Assembly (NCBI GenBank): GCA_038087875.1
Contig: CM075989.1
Span: 16,308,001-16,372,000 of the forward strand
DNA: 64,000 nt
Source: Malacoraja senta
Taxonomy: Eukaryota
Direction of reading: 5' to 3'
Under the pieces are notes generated by a model, which saw only the letters and a list, made by a program, of their open reading frames with translations, had not been told where the DNA came from and did no database searches. Both the position numbers and the translations under genes were made by a program. Below, in pieces: positions 37,047-50,769 of this stretch (the stretch's first letter is position 1; the number at the start of each line of letters is the position of its first letter).

Positions 37047-38280
37047 GAGACACAGCAATGTCATATAAATGAAAGTTGTCATGTTTAGTATTTTGTTGCA
37101 TATCCTTTACATGCAATGACTGCTTGAAGTCTGCGATTCATGGACATCACTAGTTGCTGGGTGTCTTCTCTGGTGATGCTCTGCCAGGCCTGTATTGCAG
37201 CCATCTTTAGCTTATGCTTGTTTTGGCGGCTAGTCCCCTTCAGTTTTCTCTTCAGCATATAAAAGGCATGCTCAATTGGGTTCAGATCGGGTGATTGAGT
37301 TGGCCACTCAAGAATTGACAATATTTTAGCTTTGAAAAACTCCTTTGTTGCTTTAGCAGTAAGTTTTGGATCATTGTCTTGTTGTAGAATGAACCACTGG
37401 CCAATGAGTTTGAGGCATTTGTTTGAACTTGAGCAGATAGGATGTGTCTATACACTTCAGAATTCATTATGCTACTACCTTCAGCAGTTGTATCGTCAAT
37501 GAAGATAAGTGAGCCATTACCTTCAGCAGCCATACATGCCCAGGCCATAACACCCCCACCACTGTGTTTCACAGATGAGGTGGTATGCTTTGGATCTTGG
37601 GCAGTTCCTTCTCTCCTGCATACTTTGCTCTTGCCCTCACTCTGATTTAAGTTAATCTTCATCTCATCTGTCCACAAGACCTTTTTCCTGAACTGTGGTT
37701 GCTCTTTTAAGTACTTCTTGGCAAACTGTAACCCGGCCGTCCTATTTTTGTGGCTAACCAGTGGTTTGCATCTTGCAGTGTAACCTCTGTATTTCTGTTC
37801 ATGAAGTCGTCTGCGAACAGTGGTCCCTTTCTTCTTAATGATGTTCCAAACAGTTGATTTTGGTAAGCCTAAGGCTTGGCTGATGTCTCTAATAGTTGTA
37901 TTCTTGTTTCTCAGTCTCATAATGGCTTCCTTGACTATCATTGGCACAATTTTGGTCCTCATGTTAATAAACAGCAATAAAATGTTCCAAAGGTGATGGA
38001 AAGACTGGAGGAAAGATTAGGTGCTGAGAGCTCTCTTATACCTGCATTGAGGAGGCAATTAAACACACCTGAACAATTACCTGTGAAGCCATGTGTCCCA
38101 AACATTATGGTGCTTTCTGCGTGATGAAACCAAAATGTTTAAAAATACCCTTTAATAAAATCTGACAATGTGCACTTTAACCACATGTGATTTTATTTCA
38201 ATTACAAATCTCAAATTGTGGAGTATAGAGGCAAATAAATAAATGATGGGTCTTTGTCCCAAACATTATGGAGGGCACTG
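37047..38280 (-). mobile_element. Tc1 copy 4, inverted orientation; transposase pseudogene 37962-37085
   Basis: MRTKIVPMIVKEAIMRLR...GLPKSTVWNIIKK (HTH), WTDE, WPTQSPDLNPIE. Has an internal deletion and one frameshift. Left TIR ends CACTG at 38280. Confidence 0.92.
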
Positions 38281-40993
38281 TGTGTGTGTGATAGGGTGAG
38301 TGGCTCTAGCTTGTTTAACATTTCATAGAAATAGAATTTGGATGTATGTTGAACTTCTTTCATTTTATTTTAGTCACGATGTATTTATCCTGATTTAAAA
38401 TGTTTGCAAAAAACATGCTGATAGCAGGACCTTCCATTGAATATTTGATGCAATAATAATGGAAATCATCTGTTTATGAAAACATCTTTGTAGTTGACCA
38501 GTTTTAACTTTTTAGCAAAGTTTTTCATTGGATCTGATCAACAGCAACATAAAAAATAGTCTCAGCAATATCTTCAGGTTAGCATTTTGTGCCTCTTTTA
38601 ATCCAAAATTACAAACGCCTAAAAGATAAGTAAATAAAATATTTTAACCGCACTTTTAATGTAGTGAAAGGAACAGGAGACTTGCTAAATATAACACTTT
38701 TTAAACTAATCAGCTATCTTAGTGACCTGGATGTGCAGAATCTGTCTACCATGTTGTTGATCCATAATGATTCCATAAATTTTTCATTTAATGTGAAGTG
38801 TTTCGATAGGTCTTGATTACCTGAAAGATACTTGTTGGAAGTTTGTCGTGAAAGATACTTGTTGGAAGTTTGTCCACTTTTAATAGTGTGAAAAGTGCTA
38901 GTAAAAATATTTCTAGATTAAACTGTTCTTCCAATTTTTGAAAATTAATTCAGTTTACTGGATGCTCAAAAACAAATTTGATATTATTTAGAAACAAAGA
39001 ACTGCAAATGCAGGTTTTTACCAGAAATAGACACAAAGTGCTTCAGTAACTCAGCTGGTCAGGCAGCATCTCTGGAGAAAAAGGATAGGATATTATTTGT
39101 TGGGACAATGCAATGATGATTAACTCTGTAATAATTCTTAAAATGCAATTACCCGTTCTGATGTGTGGGTGGTGTTTTTATAGAGGACCAAGCCAGTAAC
39201 TAGCAGTATCAGAGGAATTTCTAATGTGATGATTATAATAAACTCATATTTGTTTTGGAAACTCCATCTGTTGCAGCTGTACAGAACTTTGCCTTTAATT
39301 ACAAACTGATAATATTTTAGCCATCTTGACCTGTTTTGAGTAAAGTAATCTTTTTTCTCTTGTTCATGACAGAGCTGGGATTAAAAAAACAGCTGTGATT
39401 TTATTTGCTGCTCTTTTTTAAATTAGTGTTCTTGTTCAATTGTAATTTCTGGTCGTCATCATTCAACCATTTTGAAGAGTACAATGACCTTTTCTCACCA
39501 TTAAAATGTCAGAATTTTCCACGTAAAACACTCTTCATTGCTCAGTTGATAATTTGTTTTAACTGAGTCATACAGGCCCAAGGTCCAAATTCAGATTTCC
39601 AGTCTCTGCTCAGTGAATTTGCCAAGATTCCAGCATAGATATGCAAAGCACCAAACCACCTCAAGAAAAAGTTGTGTACAGTACAAATTACTTCATCATG
39701 ATATTAAGTGAATGGAAAATAAGACTACCAGAGACATGGTAGTCTTTGCTATTTTATTTGCACTTGAAGATGTCCTTAACTAATTTATCTTTCAATGTAT
39801 TATAGCACAAGGGTGACAACTGAACACCTCTGTACTAATTGTACTCAGAAGGGGGTGGAGTCTCCTCAAACACTGCAGTCTGTTTTATGAAGAAGTTCTC
39901 TCAATATGCTCCCTGAATGGCTGTTAGTGTTTTGATGTTTGATCAAGGGGAATTTTTAGAATTAACCATGGTTTGGTCTGGACAAAGACAAGAAGTTTCT
40001 TCTCTCAAGGAATAATGAGCCATTTGAATTTTTAAAACATCTTCATTTTTGCTGAGAAATTCAAATTTCAACCTGTCGTATTCAAACAGTAGCTGATTAC
40101 TTAAGGTTTATTGTGCCAGGTATTTTGATGAATAATTAGACAGAATGGTGTTGATGGATGTAATTCGAAGGAGATTAATAATATAATTCTCCCTTGGAAA
40201 TTTGTTAACTAATAATCAGCTTATGTGGAGGAAGTAAATTCATTAAATTGAACACTATTTTTCCTGCACATGCACATGACTGCTGCAGTTACCCTCAAAG
40301 TAGCCATGACTCCATAAAAAAGCAAGCAGAATTTCTTTAAAATTGACTTGGGTTTCATTGCAAGGTATGTTGTTTTTCTCACAGAAATTAATTATTTTGT
40401 ATTTGGCAAAAGCCTTACCCGATAGAGCATAATAAATAGACTAATAACATATTTGAAACCAATATCTGCAAATTAAATATCCACAAATAAAAGTTAAAAG
40501 GCAACTTAATTTCTCCTTGTCTTTATGATCATCTGTGTGAAGAACTATACCACAAATATCTTTCAGGTAAAGATGAAAAATGCATCGAAAGTGTGTTCGT
40601 TTCTGAAGAGAAAAAAAGAGCTTCCATTTTGAGTTGTGAATATAAAATCTTAGTCAATCTTGATTCTACTGAAAAGGCATTCCTCAAAGTATTTCAGATT
40701 TTTGTTTTTCTTTTCTTGGACATTAAAATTGTGTGTTTCTATTAACTAGGAAGAGTCTAAATCCAAATTTGATCAAGGTTATTGTGGAGTAAGTGGCCAT
40801 TGTGGAGCTGTGCATTTGCATTTGCTGTTGAGTTTTTTTCAGACGTATAGAAACATGCATGATAGTAGTAATTTAAATCTGTAGCTAGAGCTTGGTTTCT
40901 TAAATAACGTTTTGAATTTAACTCTGAAAAATATTTCATTCAGTGGATAACAAATGACCAATCAAGAGGTTTAGTGATCATTTTTGTTTTGAT

Positions 40994-41302
40994 GTTTAGT
41001 TTAGAGATACAGCGCGGAAACAGACCCTTCGGCTCGCCGAGTCTGCACCGACCAGCGATCCCCGCACATTAACACTATCCTACACACACTAGAAACAATT
41101 TACACATACACCAAGCCAAATAACCTACATACCTTTACGTCTTTGGAGTGTGGGAGGAAACCAAAGATCTCGGAGAAAACCCACGCAGTCACAGGGAGAA
41201 CGTACAAACTCGGTACAGACCACCCGTAGTCTGGATGGAACCCGGGTTTCCGGCGCTGCAAGCTCAGCAAGTCAGCAACTCTACCGCTGCGCTACCGCGG
41301 CC
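40994..41302 (-). mobile_element. Near full-length HE1-like tRNA-derived V-SINE
   Basis: On the - strand: A-box TAGCGCAGCGG, B-box GGTTCCATCC, V-domain, and CR1-like tail ctgtatctctaaactaaac. Confidence 0.85.
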
Positions 41303-41461
41303 TTGATATAAGATGAGCATTAATGACTATTTAATAATGATAGGCCACTTGCATTTGATGTCTGAAATATAGGTCACATTGGGTGAAACCAAAATTTCAA
41401 GATCACACGCTGTTTATGTATGCTAGATTCTTGCTGATTGTGGATTTTGTGCTGTTTCCAG

Positions 41462-41588
41462 GAAATATTGATGAGGATGTTGTGGTGATTGAGGCCACCT
41501 CAGCTCCCCAGGTTACTGCCAATGAAGAAATCAATGTTACCTCAACGGACAGTGAAGTGGAGATCGTCACTGTTGGGGACAATTGCAG
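41462..41588 (+). CDS. RNF111: RNF111 exon 3 (SIM1 VVVIE, SIM2 VEIVTV)
   Basis: ttccag|[62 protein letters not shown]; phases 1 to 2. Confidence 0.96.
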
Positions 41589-42389
41589 GTAAGTTAAACC
41601 TGACATTGGTGATTTGTGAAATTGCATGTTACTTTAAGGTCTAGAAGGAATGTTTGAAATTAAATTTAGAATTACTAGATGCAGTGATTTGGCAGCAATA
41701 ATACTATATGAATTAAATATGATTTAGGATTTTGCATCTCTGAATGGTCAACTTGATACATTGATTTTGATTTTGTTGATTTAAAAAAATCACTATTAAA
41801 GGCTTTCCCCCACACATTTGTTGAAAGTTAACTTTAAATTTGGCATGTGCACCAAATGGTTTGTGGATGCAATGGTATAAAGTAGAATTTCTTGCCTGTG
41901 GTTACTTTTGAGCACTTCTAGAAATGTTTTTGACATTTATCTTTAAAGACATAATCCAGAATAATAAAAATATTACTGTAATCTCATTATACCCCCAGTT
42001 GGTATTTAGCATCTCTTGAAGATGATCTGTCTGTGTGTAAAATTGACGGAAACACATACACTGCTACTGAATGCTGAGGCTCAGTGTTAGTACTTGCTCT
42101 TATGTTAGTTTGTTGTGGTATAGACCAAGAACAACAGGAGGAGGAATTAGCCTCAAGGCCTCCTATGTTATTTAAAGAGAGCATGGCTAAAGAAGGGTCA
42201 TTACCCGTCACCCATTCCTTCTCACCAGAGATGCTGCCTACTCCAGCATTTTGTGTCTATCGTGGCTAATCCTTTATCTGAAGCTCATTTTCTTATCTTA
42301 TTGTTATTCTTTGACTGTATGCAAAAATCGCTGAATTTTAATTGACAGCCCTTGACTGAAGAAACTTTGCTTTGTTTGAGTACTAACTG

Positions 42390-43780
42390 TCAAGAGTGTT
42401 TTATTGTCATACGTCCCAGATAGAACAATGAAATACTTACTTCCAGCAGCACAACAGAATATATAAACATAATACACTATAAACAATATAATAAACAAAG
42501 AAAAAATGTTCCGTGTGTGTACATACACTCGTATACGGATGCTATATATATGATACACACGCACACACATATATATGACACATGCACACATACGTGTACA
42601 CAGAAAAAGCAAACAAACAATAATAATCCAATAATAACATTAATGGTCTATGTAGTTCAGAGCTTATTTGAGGTTGTAGTGTTTAAAAGCCTAATGGCTG
42701 TAGGGAAGAAACTGTTCCTGATCCTGGACGTTACAGTTTTTAGGCTCCTGTACATTCTTCCCGATGGCAGGGGTGAAATGAGTGTGTGGCCAGAGAGGTG
42801 TGGGTCTCTGATGATGCTGGCTGCCTTTTTGATGTTAGGGAGGTCAGAACCCGTGATGCACTGGGCAGTGTTCACAACTTTTTGCACAACTTCGCTCCTG
42901 GGCATTCAAGTTGCCGAACCAGGCCGTGATGCAACCAGTCAATATGCTCTCGACTGTACACCTGTAGAAGTTCGAGAATCCTCTCTGACATACCGAATCT
43001 CCGTAATCTTCTCAGGAAGTAGAGGAGTTGATGTGTTTTGTTTATAATAACATCAGTGTGCTGGGGCCAGGAAAGATCTTGAGAAATATGCACGCCCAGG
43101 AATTTGAAGCTCTTGACTCTCTCCACCATCGTCCTGTCGATATACATAGTTTTGTGAACCTTACTCTTCCAAATTCCACAATCAGTTCCTTGGTCTGACT
43201 GACATTGAGAGCCAGGTTGTTGTGCGGCACCATTTGGTCAGTTGATCAATCTCACTTCTATACTCTGACTCATCACCATCTGTAATTAGTCAAACAACGG
43301 TGGTGTCGTCAGCGAACTTGAAGATGGACTTAGCACTGTGTCTGGCTACACAGTGAATAGAGCAGGGGGCTGAGCACACAGCCTTGAGGTTCTTCCATAC
43401 TGATTGTTATTGAGGATGTGTTTTTACCAATTCGATCAGACCGTGGTCTGTTCATGAGGAAGTTGAGGATCCAGTTACATAGAGATGCACAGAGTCCCAG
43501 TTCCGTGAACTTGGTAACCATCTTGGAAGGGATGATGGTATTCAATTCCAAGCTGTAGTCAATACAACAGTCTGACGTATGTCTTTTTATTGTCCAAGTG
43601 GTCCAGTGGAGAGCCAGTAAGATTGCATCCTCCGTTGACCTGTTGTGGCAGGCATTAGGCAAACTCTAATAGGTTGTGGTAGGAGTTGATATGCACCATA
43701 ACCTACCCCTCAAAGCACTTCATAACCACGGAAGTTAGTGACACCGGTCGATAGTTGTTTAGGCACATCACCTTACTCTT
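42390..43780 (-). mobile_element. Rex1/Babar LINE fragment, degraded RT
   Basis: NRSTEDAI, PQGCVLSPLLYSL, FADD, FKFLGVHISQDLSW, LPSGRMYRSL...RIRNSFFP. Tail gacaataaa. Confidence 0.88.
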
Positions 43781-44164
43781 CTGACTCCTTCTCTGGAGAC
43801 GATGTTCCCTGGTCCAATAAACCAGGAGAAACAGCACCTATGTATGAAAATCCTTGAGCTTTTTCTGGCTAAAATCCTATTCTGTACAGTCTGTGATGAT
43901 GCTATAATGCATTGCTGAATGAAGTGTCTGCAGAAGAGTCCTGACCTGAAATATAGCCAGCCGATTCCTACCACAGATGCTGCCTGATCTGCTGAGTTCC
44001 TCCAGCACTTTGTGTTTTGGTCAGTGTTCCAGCATCTGCCATTCCTTGTGTCTCTGAGTGAAAGGTGCTGTCTTTAGATGAGATGTTAAACTGAGGACAT
44101 CTTTGACTTACGGAGAATGCAAAACCAAATGTATTCCCATCTGGCAAACGGTGTAGAAATGTGA

Positions 44165-44460
44165 TAATGCACACCTCCAGATTCAAGGACAGTTTCTTCC
44201 CAGCTGTTATCGGGCAACTGAATCATCCTACCACAACCAGAGAGCAGTTCTGAACTACTATCTACCTCATTGGTGACCGTTGGACTATCCTTGATCCGAC
44301 TTTGCTGGCTTTACCTTGCACTAAAGGTTATTCCCTTATCATGTATATGTACACTGTAAATATCTCGATTGTAATCATGTATTGTCTTTCCGCTAACTGG
44401 ATAGCATGCAACAAAAGCTTTTTACTGTACCTTGGTACGCGTGACAATAAACTAAAGCGT
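44165..44460 (+). mobile_element. Rex1/Babar LINE 3' end
   Basis: agattcaaggacagtttcttcccagctgttatc...gtgacaataaa; homologous to 45200-45490. Confidence 0.7.
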
Positions 44461-45029
44461 AACTGTAATAAATGCAAAATATATATTAGGATATATATGA
44501 TTAAGAAATTCTTCAGAGAATGATTGGTTGGCTGGCAGTTGAAGGAAAAAAATACTTTAAACAGTATCAAGAAGGAACCAACTGAATACTCTTCATCTAG
44601 TTCAAGCATTATGAAAGGTCTCCATAATGCAATTGGATATAATGCAATTGATGAATGTTGAAACATTGTTTCTCTGATGCAAGCTGAGTTGGTTAAAACA
44701 CATTTCCTTTATGAACCAGATAACCACTTAAATGCTACTTTCAAAATTGATAAGCAAAAAGAAAAGCTGGCTTGGAAAAAATTGGACCCAAAAATGTTTC
44801 AATACAGCCTCCTCGCAGTAATTGGATACCATTGTATTTTAAGAATACAGTCTGTCATTTTCACTGCAAGTGGCCTCTGAAATTGACAAGCAATTGTTTC
44901 TATTGACACTTGTGCAATAATTCTCTCTTAAAGAATGTAACATACAGCTTTTATTGTTTTTAGCAGTGATAAAAATAGACACAGCTATTAAAAATACATT
45001 TTGTTTGGTAAATCCTGGACAGTTGTGGA

Positions 45030-45490
45030 CAATTGCAGAAAATTGTGGACGCAGCCCAAACCATCACACAAACCAACCACCCTTCCATTGACTCAATTTA
45101 CACCTCACACTGCCTCAGCAAGGGCACCAGCAAAATCAAGGACAAGTCGCACCCCAGCCACTCCCTCTTCTCCCCTTTCCCGTCAGACAAGAGGTATAGA
45201 ATTGTGAAAGCGCACATGTCAAGATTCCGGAACAGTTTCTTCCCTGCTGTTATCAGACAACTGAAACATCCTACCAACAACTAGAGAGCAGCCCTGAGCT
45301 ACTATCTACCTTATTGGAGACCCTTGGACTATCTTTGATCAGACTTGACTGGGCTTTATCTTGCACTAAACGTTATTCATGTTATTCCCTTTATCTGTGG
45401 ATGGCTTGATTGTAATCATATTGTCTTTCTGCTAACAACAAAGGCTTTTCACTGTTTCACAGTACAGGTGACAATAAAGTAAACTCAAAC
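45030..45490 (+). mobile_element. Rex1/Babar LINE 3' end
   Basis: HPSHSLFSPFPSDKRYR...RFRNSFFPAVIR with a gtgacaataaa tail. Confidence 0.8.
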
Positions 45491-47249
45491 TCGAACCTCA
45501 TTACTCCATTGATACAATTGTTTTTATAACACTATTTTCTATAACACAGAGTTTCTTAGGAATGCACTTATCACAAAATAGCAGAACTACCTGTATCAAG
45601 TATTAACAATAATATAGTTGATTGGTCTTGTGTTAGCGTATGCTGTCATAGATGTGAAAATTCGGAAAGTAGATGACAGAGAAACTCTGGCCTTTAATGG
45701 AATGTATTGTTGTGGTCTTTGTGGAGGTAAATGATGCTGAATCAGTGAACTGGTGTAAATGTAGTCTTGATGTAGAAACCATTGACATAAATGGAGCAAA
45801 ACGCAGCAGATGTTGGTAGCATCCATGAGCAGAGAAATTGAGTCAATGTTTCATGTCAAGAACCCTTCATCAGAAACAGAAAAGTGAAAAAAATGTTGTG
45901 TGTTGTAGAAGAAGTGGGATGCAGAGACCAGAGAAAACAGGGTGCTGACAAAGTTGTCATGGTAACAATGGCATCAAAAACCAATTGGAGACAGATGGGT
46001 AAACTAAAATTGAAGCAACAGTGCAGAAGCGTGCACGGAGAGGGGGAAAGAAGGACAATTATAGTGCACCTCCACTTTACTGAGGGATTACATTCCTAGA
46101 AAATAGTTGGCATCGGAAAGTGCCATGTCAAGAATGTTTGGTGGAGACAGAAAAGCAGCCCTGAGTCACAGTGGGCTCCCTCTCTATGTCCATTGCAGGA
46201 CGTAAATGCCTGGGACTATTTGAGATTGAAAATACTTAAATCATTAATTTCTTTGCAAATGCAAATTCTGTTTCCCTACAACCTTTGATCTATATCTTCA
46301 AGTAACAACATTTGTTAATGTTCTACAAAAGAAATCAATTTCTGAAGAACTATTTTTATATATGTTCATTCAGTTCTTATTATATTTGTGCTGAAATATA
46401 CCTGGCTTTCAGATATGTCTTGGCTTTATTTGAACACCAGTGCCTTGACACAGCAATGATAATACTTGCTCACTTGCACAAAGTTAAACGGTATATTTTC
46501 ACACACATATCTAAGATTTAAGAATAATATCTTGGGTAGACATTGTGGTTCTATATTAAGTATGTTTTACATTGATGGGCATTATACTTTTAGTGAATGA
46601 ATATCTGATCTTTTAGGCATTAAAACACGGAGGTGCAATAGACCATCAGCATTTGAAGCCTGCTCAGCTATTCATTTTGGGTAAAGCTTCAGTACTTTGG
46701 CTCCATTTGCCCGTTTATGTTCCATTTCAATGATGTCAGTTAACAGATGTCTGTAGATCTTGAAAGGATTAATTTGAGCATCATCACAATCTTCTAAGAG
46801 AAAGATTGAGTTCTAGATTCATGTGAAAATCTTTGCATTGCGCTAAACCCAAACAGATAATGTCAAACTTAGAGTCTGTCGCTGTAATATAACTTTGTAT
46901 GGGGCAGGTTGGTAGAATTTTCTAATCACTGCATGATAGTCTTGTACTGAGGAACTTGGAACTTCACTGTTGATCAGTGCTTTTTATAGGGAATTAGATA
47001 GATGTGAGAGAATAGCCTCGTACATGCGGGGTGATGTGGAAACAATGGTGCAAAGTGATTGGCGGGGTTGTTCTTATGGAAGGAAGCTTAGACAGAAAGG
47101 GTTGAATGGTCGTCTTTGCCATAACGATTCCGTGATTCTATCATTTCTCAACTCGGATTCCCAGCTTGGGTTTTGGAGCACACAGTTAGTTTCAGCTTTA
47201 GTAGTTAATGGATAAGTTGGTATTAAAATAACCATACAAGAATGAAGGG

Positions 47250-47535
47250 AAAACCACGTGGGTTTCCTCTGGGTGCTCTGGTTTCTTCCCATGTCCCAAT
47301 TGTAGGGTTGTAGGTTAATTGACCAGTGTAAATTGTATGACTGACCTGGCCAGTGAATTTCACTACACCAATTGGTGTATGTGACAATAAATGAACTTAT
47401 GAAATTGTCCCTGGTATGTAGGGAGTGAATGTGAAAGTGGGTTAACACAGAACTAGTGTGAGGGTGAGTCATCGATGATGGCGTGGAGACTCAGTGGGCC
47501 AAAGACCCAGTTGCCATGTTGTACCTTTCAATCAA
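47250..47535 (+). mobile_element. HE1-like V-SINE, diverged
   Basis: gtgggtttcctctgggtgctctggtttcttccca V-domain and tail remnant. Confidence 0.6.
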
Positions 47536-48348
47536 AAAGCAAGAATAATTAATGAGAAACTTGGAGAAGCAGATTGTGTATTCACACGTTAGACTTGAGA
47601 ATCCAACTTTTTCTAATCATTAAATTGGACCAGATTTTTTGAGGGTTGGTTTGAGGGGGAAAGCCACAAAATTATGACATGGTGAGAAAAGCACACCACA
47701 TAAATTAATTAATTTACCGGTAGGTCTGAAAATGACCAGGTCACAATCAGCAAACAGAGATTTTAATTGAGAGTAGCGTCAAAGTAATCTTGGAATACAA
47801 ATATACAAATCATCAGAAATTAGAAGCAGGTTCATTTGAAGAGAAGCAAAATATTGGAGTTTATTCTTAGAGGATTAAATTGAGAATTAGAAAATATGCT
47901 CCAAACTAGCATTGAACCACTTCTGGGAGCACTGAATAATTCTGTTTACTGCACAAACAAACAAGTACATATGTAGTAGTTATGATATTTAAAACATAAT
48001 TAATGGTGGGTTTAATTTTTTCTCCTGAAATGATAAGGCTGAAGGTTAACCTATTACGTTTTTACTCTGGGCAGCGGAGGGGAGGAGAGGGGAGCAAGAG
48101 TTCCCATTTAATGAAAAATATACAATTAAAGTACCGTCAATATATGATGGTGACCAAGAAGTCAAATAAAGAATTCAAAATAACTTATTTATGGGAATGG
48201 TGAAGATATAGAACTCAAAACTATAAATTGATAAGGTGAATTGTACACGTATTTCCAGGAGAAGGTTTGATAAGTATAGAAAATGAAATGAAATGGAGGA
48301 AAATGCTGATCTGTGAAGAATGTGGGCAGCAACATTTGTGGAGCATTA

Positions 48349-48644
48349 AGGGTCTGTCCCACTGTACAAGGTAATTCAAGAGCTCTCCCGAGTTTAAAAA
48401 AAAATCAAACTCGTGGTAAGTACGTAGCGGGTGCGTCGGAGCACGGGACGTTTCTTAGCGACTAGTAACGCTAACGGCAGGTACTCGGGAAACCCGGTAA
48501 GCTCATGAAGATTTTTCAACATGTTGAAAAATGTCCACGAGAGCCCCAAGTACCTACGAGCGGCTATTACCGTAATTCTCCGAGTTCGAATCAGGGGAAA
48601 CTCGGGAGAACTCTTGAATTACCTCGTACAATGGGACAGGCCCT
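48349..48644. mobile_element. PIF/Harbinger-like MITE, copy 2
   Basis: AGGGTCTGTCCCAC...ATGGGACAGGCCCT with TTA on both sides. Homologous throughout to 4268-4578. Confidence 0.8.
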
Positions 48645-50252
48645 TTAACATTCAGATAGACTAGCTGGACTAAATTGCTTGTTGTTTTTTTTACTGTTGC
48701 ATACAATTAAGCATTCTTTCATTAAAAAAACCCATCAGACCAGTGTCAATAATACAACATTATTTGGCTAGAATGAGGAGGGAACCGTATTGATTTTTAA
48801 GATGAAGTATCATGTTTCGGGCTAAAGGGCTTGGGAACTATTAATATTGGAGGACTGCAGGTGTTTTAAGTTTGGTTCTGCCAAGCTTAATAGGCATCTT
48901 GAATTATGAAAATCATGAATTGCTATATTTCCCATCTGGTGCATGTGTGCACTGACAGCACTAATCAGTTATGCCAGCCTGATTGCACCAGATGCAGCAC
49001 TGACCGAGGTGCAGGATAAAAGGAATGAGAGCGAGCAGAAGCATGCTGCAGGTTGAAGCTGAATGTGTGGCACTGGGAGATAGCATAACAAAAGGAAAAT
49101 CCTGGAGGGGGTGGTTGGCAGGGCAATTTATTGTTGTGCACATTGTTTTTGATTTTGATGAACCAGTTTAAGCATTTCCTACATTTAATTTATATTTTGT
49201 GTATGCATGTGCATTTTCTTCTCCTTGAGCAAGCTTGAATGGTGGCATGAATATTCTTTGATTGAAATTAGCCTACTAACATCCTTGTTTCGCTCTAAAA
49301 GTAAAACCGAGCGGGCATATTGATCCGTTGACAGTTTGAATTTTTAAAATTTCTCCCATTATCCAAGGTTTCATTTAATTTACGTTGAGACCTTTATAGA
49401 ATAAACTGATAGAAACAAGATATTTTTGAAGCACTTGCATTCCAATTTAAAAGTAATTCAAACAATGACTCCATTTCAATTCTGATATTGGTGCTAGCTT
49501 ATTTTGCATTACCTGACATACTTGTGAATGGTATGATTGAGTACATATATGAGTACACATACTGACTTTCAGTGAAATTTTTCATTTTACGTCCTTTCCA
49601 GGCAAATCATTCCATACATGAGTATGTCAGGTACTGCGAAAGAGAAAATAAACAGTGCAGAACATAGTGTTACAGTTACAAAGAAAGTACAGGTAAAAGA
49701 GGTAGATTGGAAGCTCGGGAATTCATCCTCAGCATCTGAGAGGTCTGTTCATAAGTATGACAACAGCCCAGAAGAAGCTGTTCTTGAATGTGGTGGTACG
49801 TGCTTTCAATCTTTTACACCTTCTGCCTGAGGAGAGAATGAAGAAAAAGGAATGAATGTTCTTCCATCTAGCACATTTTTTAATATTAATATTATGCAAC
49901 AATAATATTAATATTAAAAAGTTATCTCAGCAAGTCCAAATTCATAGTTCCAAACAAACATGCTTAATTTTCCTTTTTTAGGATATAGGTACCCCTGTGT
50001 TATTGGCTGTTCAGGTAACGTAAATTTACCTTTAGAGAATTAACAAATCACTACCCTAAAATTTGAGATATGGAATAAAGTTTACTCCTGCAGAGTGTGG
50101 GAAGGAAAAATAGTGAGTGGATAAACTTTTCCCTACTCATTTATTGACATCTTGATTTACAGAAAATGGCAATATGGAGTGTTATCTAAGAACGGGGGGC
50201 ACCCAATTATCATTAGATATGAATTAACATTTTGTGGTTGTTTTGCTTCCAG

Positions 50253-50416
50253 GTCTTACACCACACTTGTTGGTCACTCAAGGGTACACTGGGGCCAAAG
50301 CTCAAGCTCCCAGAACAGACATCAGGAGCAGCGGAGCAGAAACAGAATATCTACAGTTATCCAGCCGTTGCGACAAAGCACTGCAGAGGTGGTTGATCTT
50401 ACTGTGGATGAAGATG
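50253..50416 (+). CDS. RNF111: RNF111 exon 4 (SIM3 EVVDLT)
   Basis: ttccag|[19 protein letters not shown]...[31 protein letters not shown]; phases 2 to 1. Confidence 0.96.
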
Positions 50417-50769
50417 GTAAGTGTGTTTGGGTTCTGAAATTGGGCTGCACAGAGAGTACATAATAAATTTGTGAAGCAAACCCCTTAAATGCTTTCATCA
50501 TTTACATTGGAAATGGATAAAACAATATGTTAACCTTTAAAGCCATTGTCGTATCAGTGTTCCAATCTTGGATTAGTTTCGCTAGTCACTCATTAGTAAG
50601 TTTTACCTTGTACACTCCTGGAAATTAAGTATGACTGTAAACTTCAACTGGTTCCTGAAGATTATTATCAGGACGAGTACCTAATGTTCAACCAGTTTTC
50701 CGTTGTTTCTGTGAACCTCTGAGTAAAAAGAGTAAATTTACCCTCGGCAGAGAGTTGTTTTAAATACAG

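Noticed and set aside
37282..37977. 231-aa ORF as an active or domesticated transposase
   Set aside because: It has an internal deletion after the first HTH and a frameshift before the second catalytic Asp, and the right TIR is truncated.
38822..38874. 27-bp-period tandem duplication (and the AGGCTCAGGTTGA repeats at 21069-21135)
   Set aside because: Ordinary slippage duplications with no sign of function.
40994..41302. A/B boxes as a tRNA gene
   Set aside because: No cloverleaf; it continues into a V-domain and LINE-like tail, so it is a SINE head.
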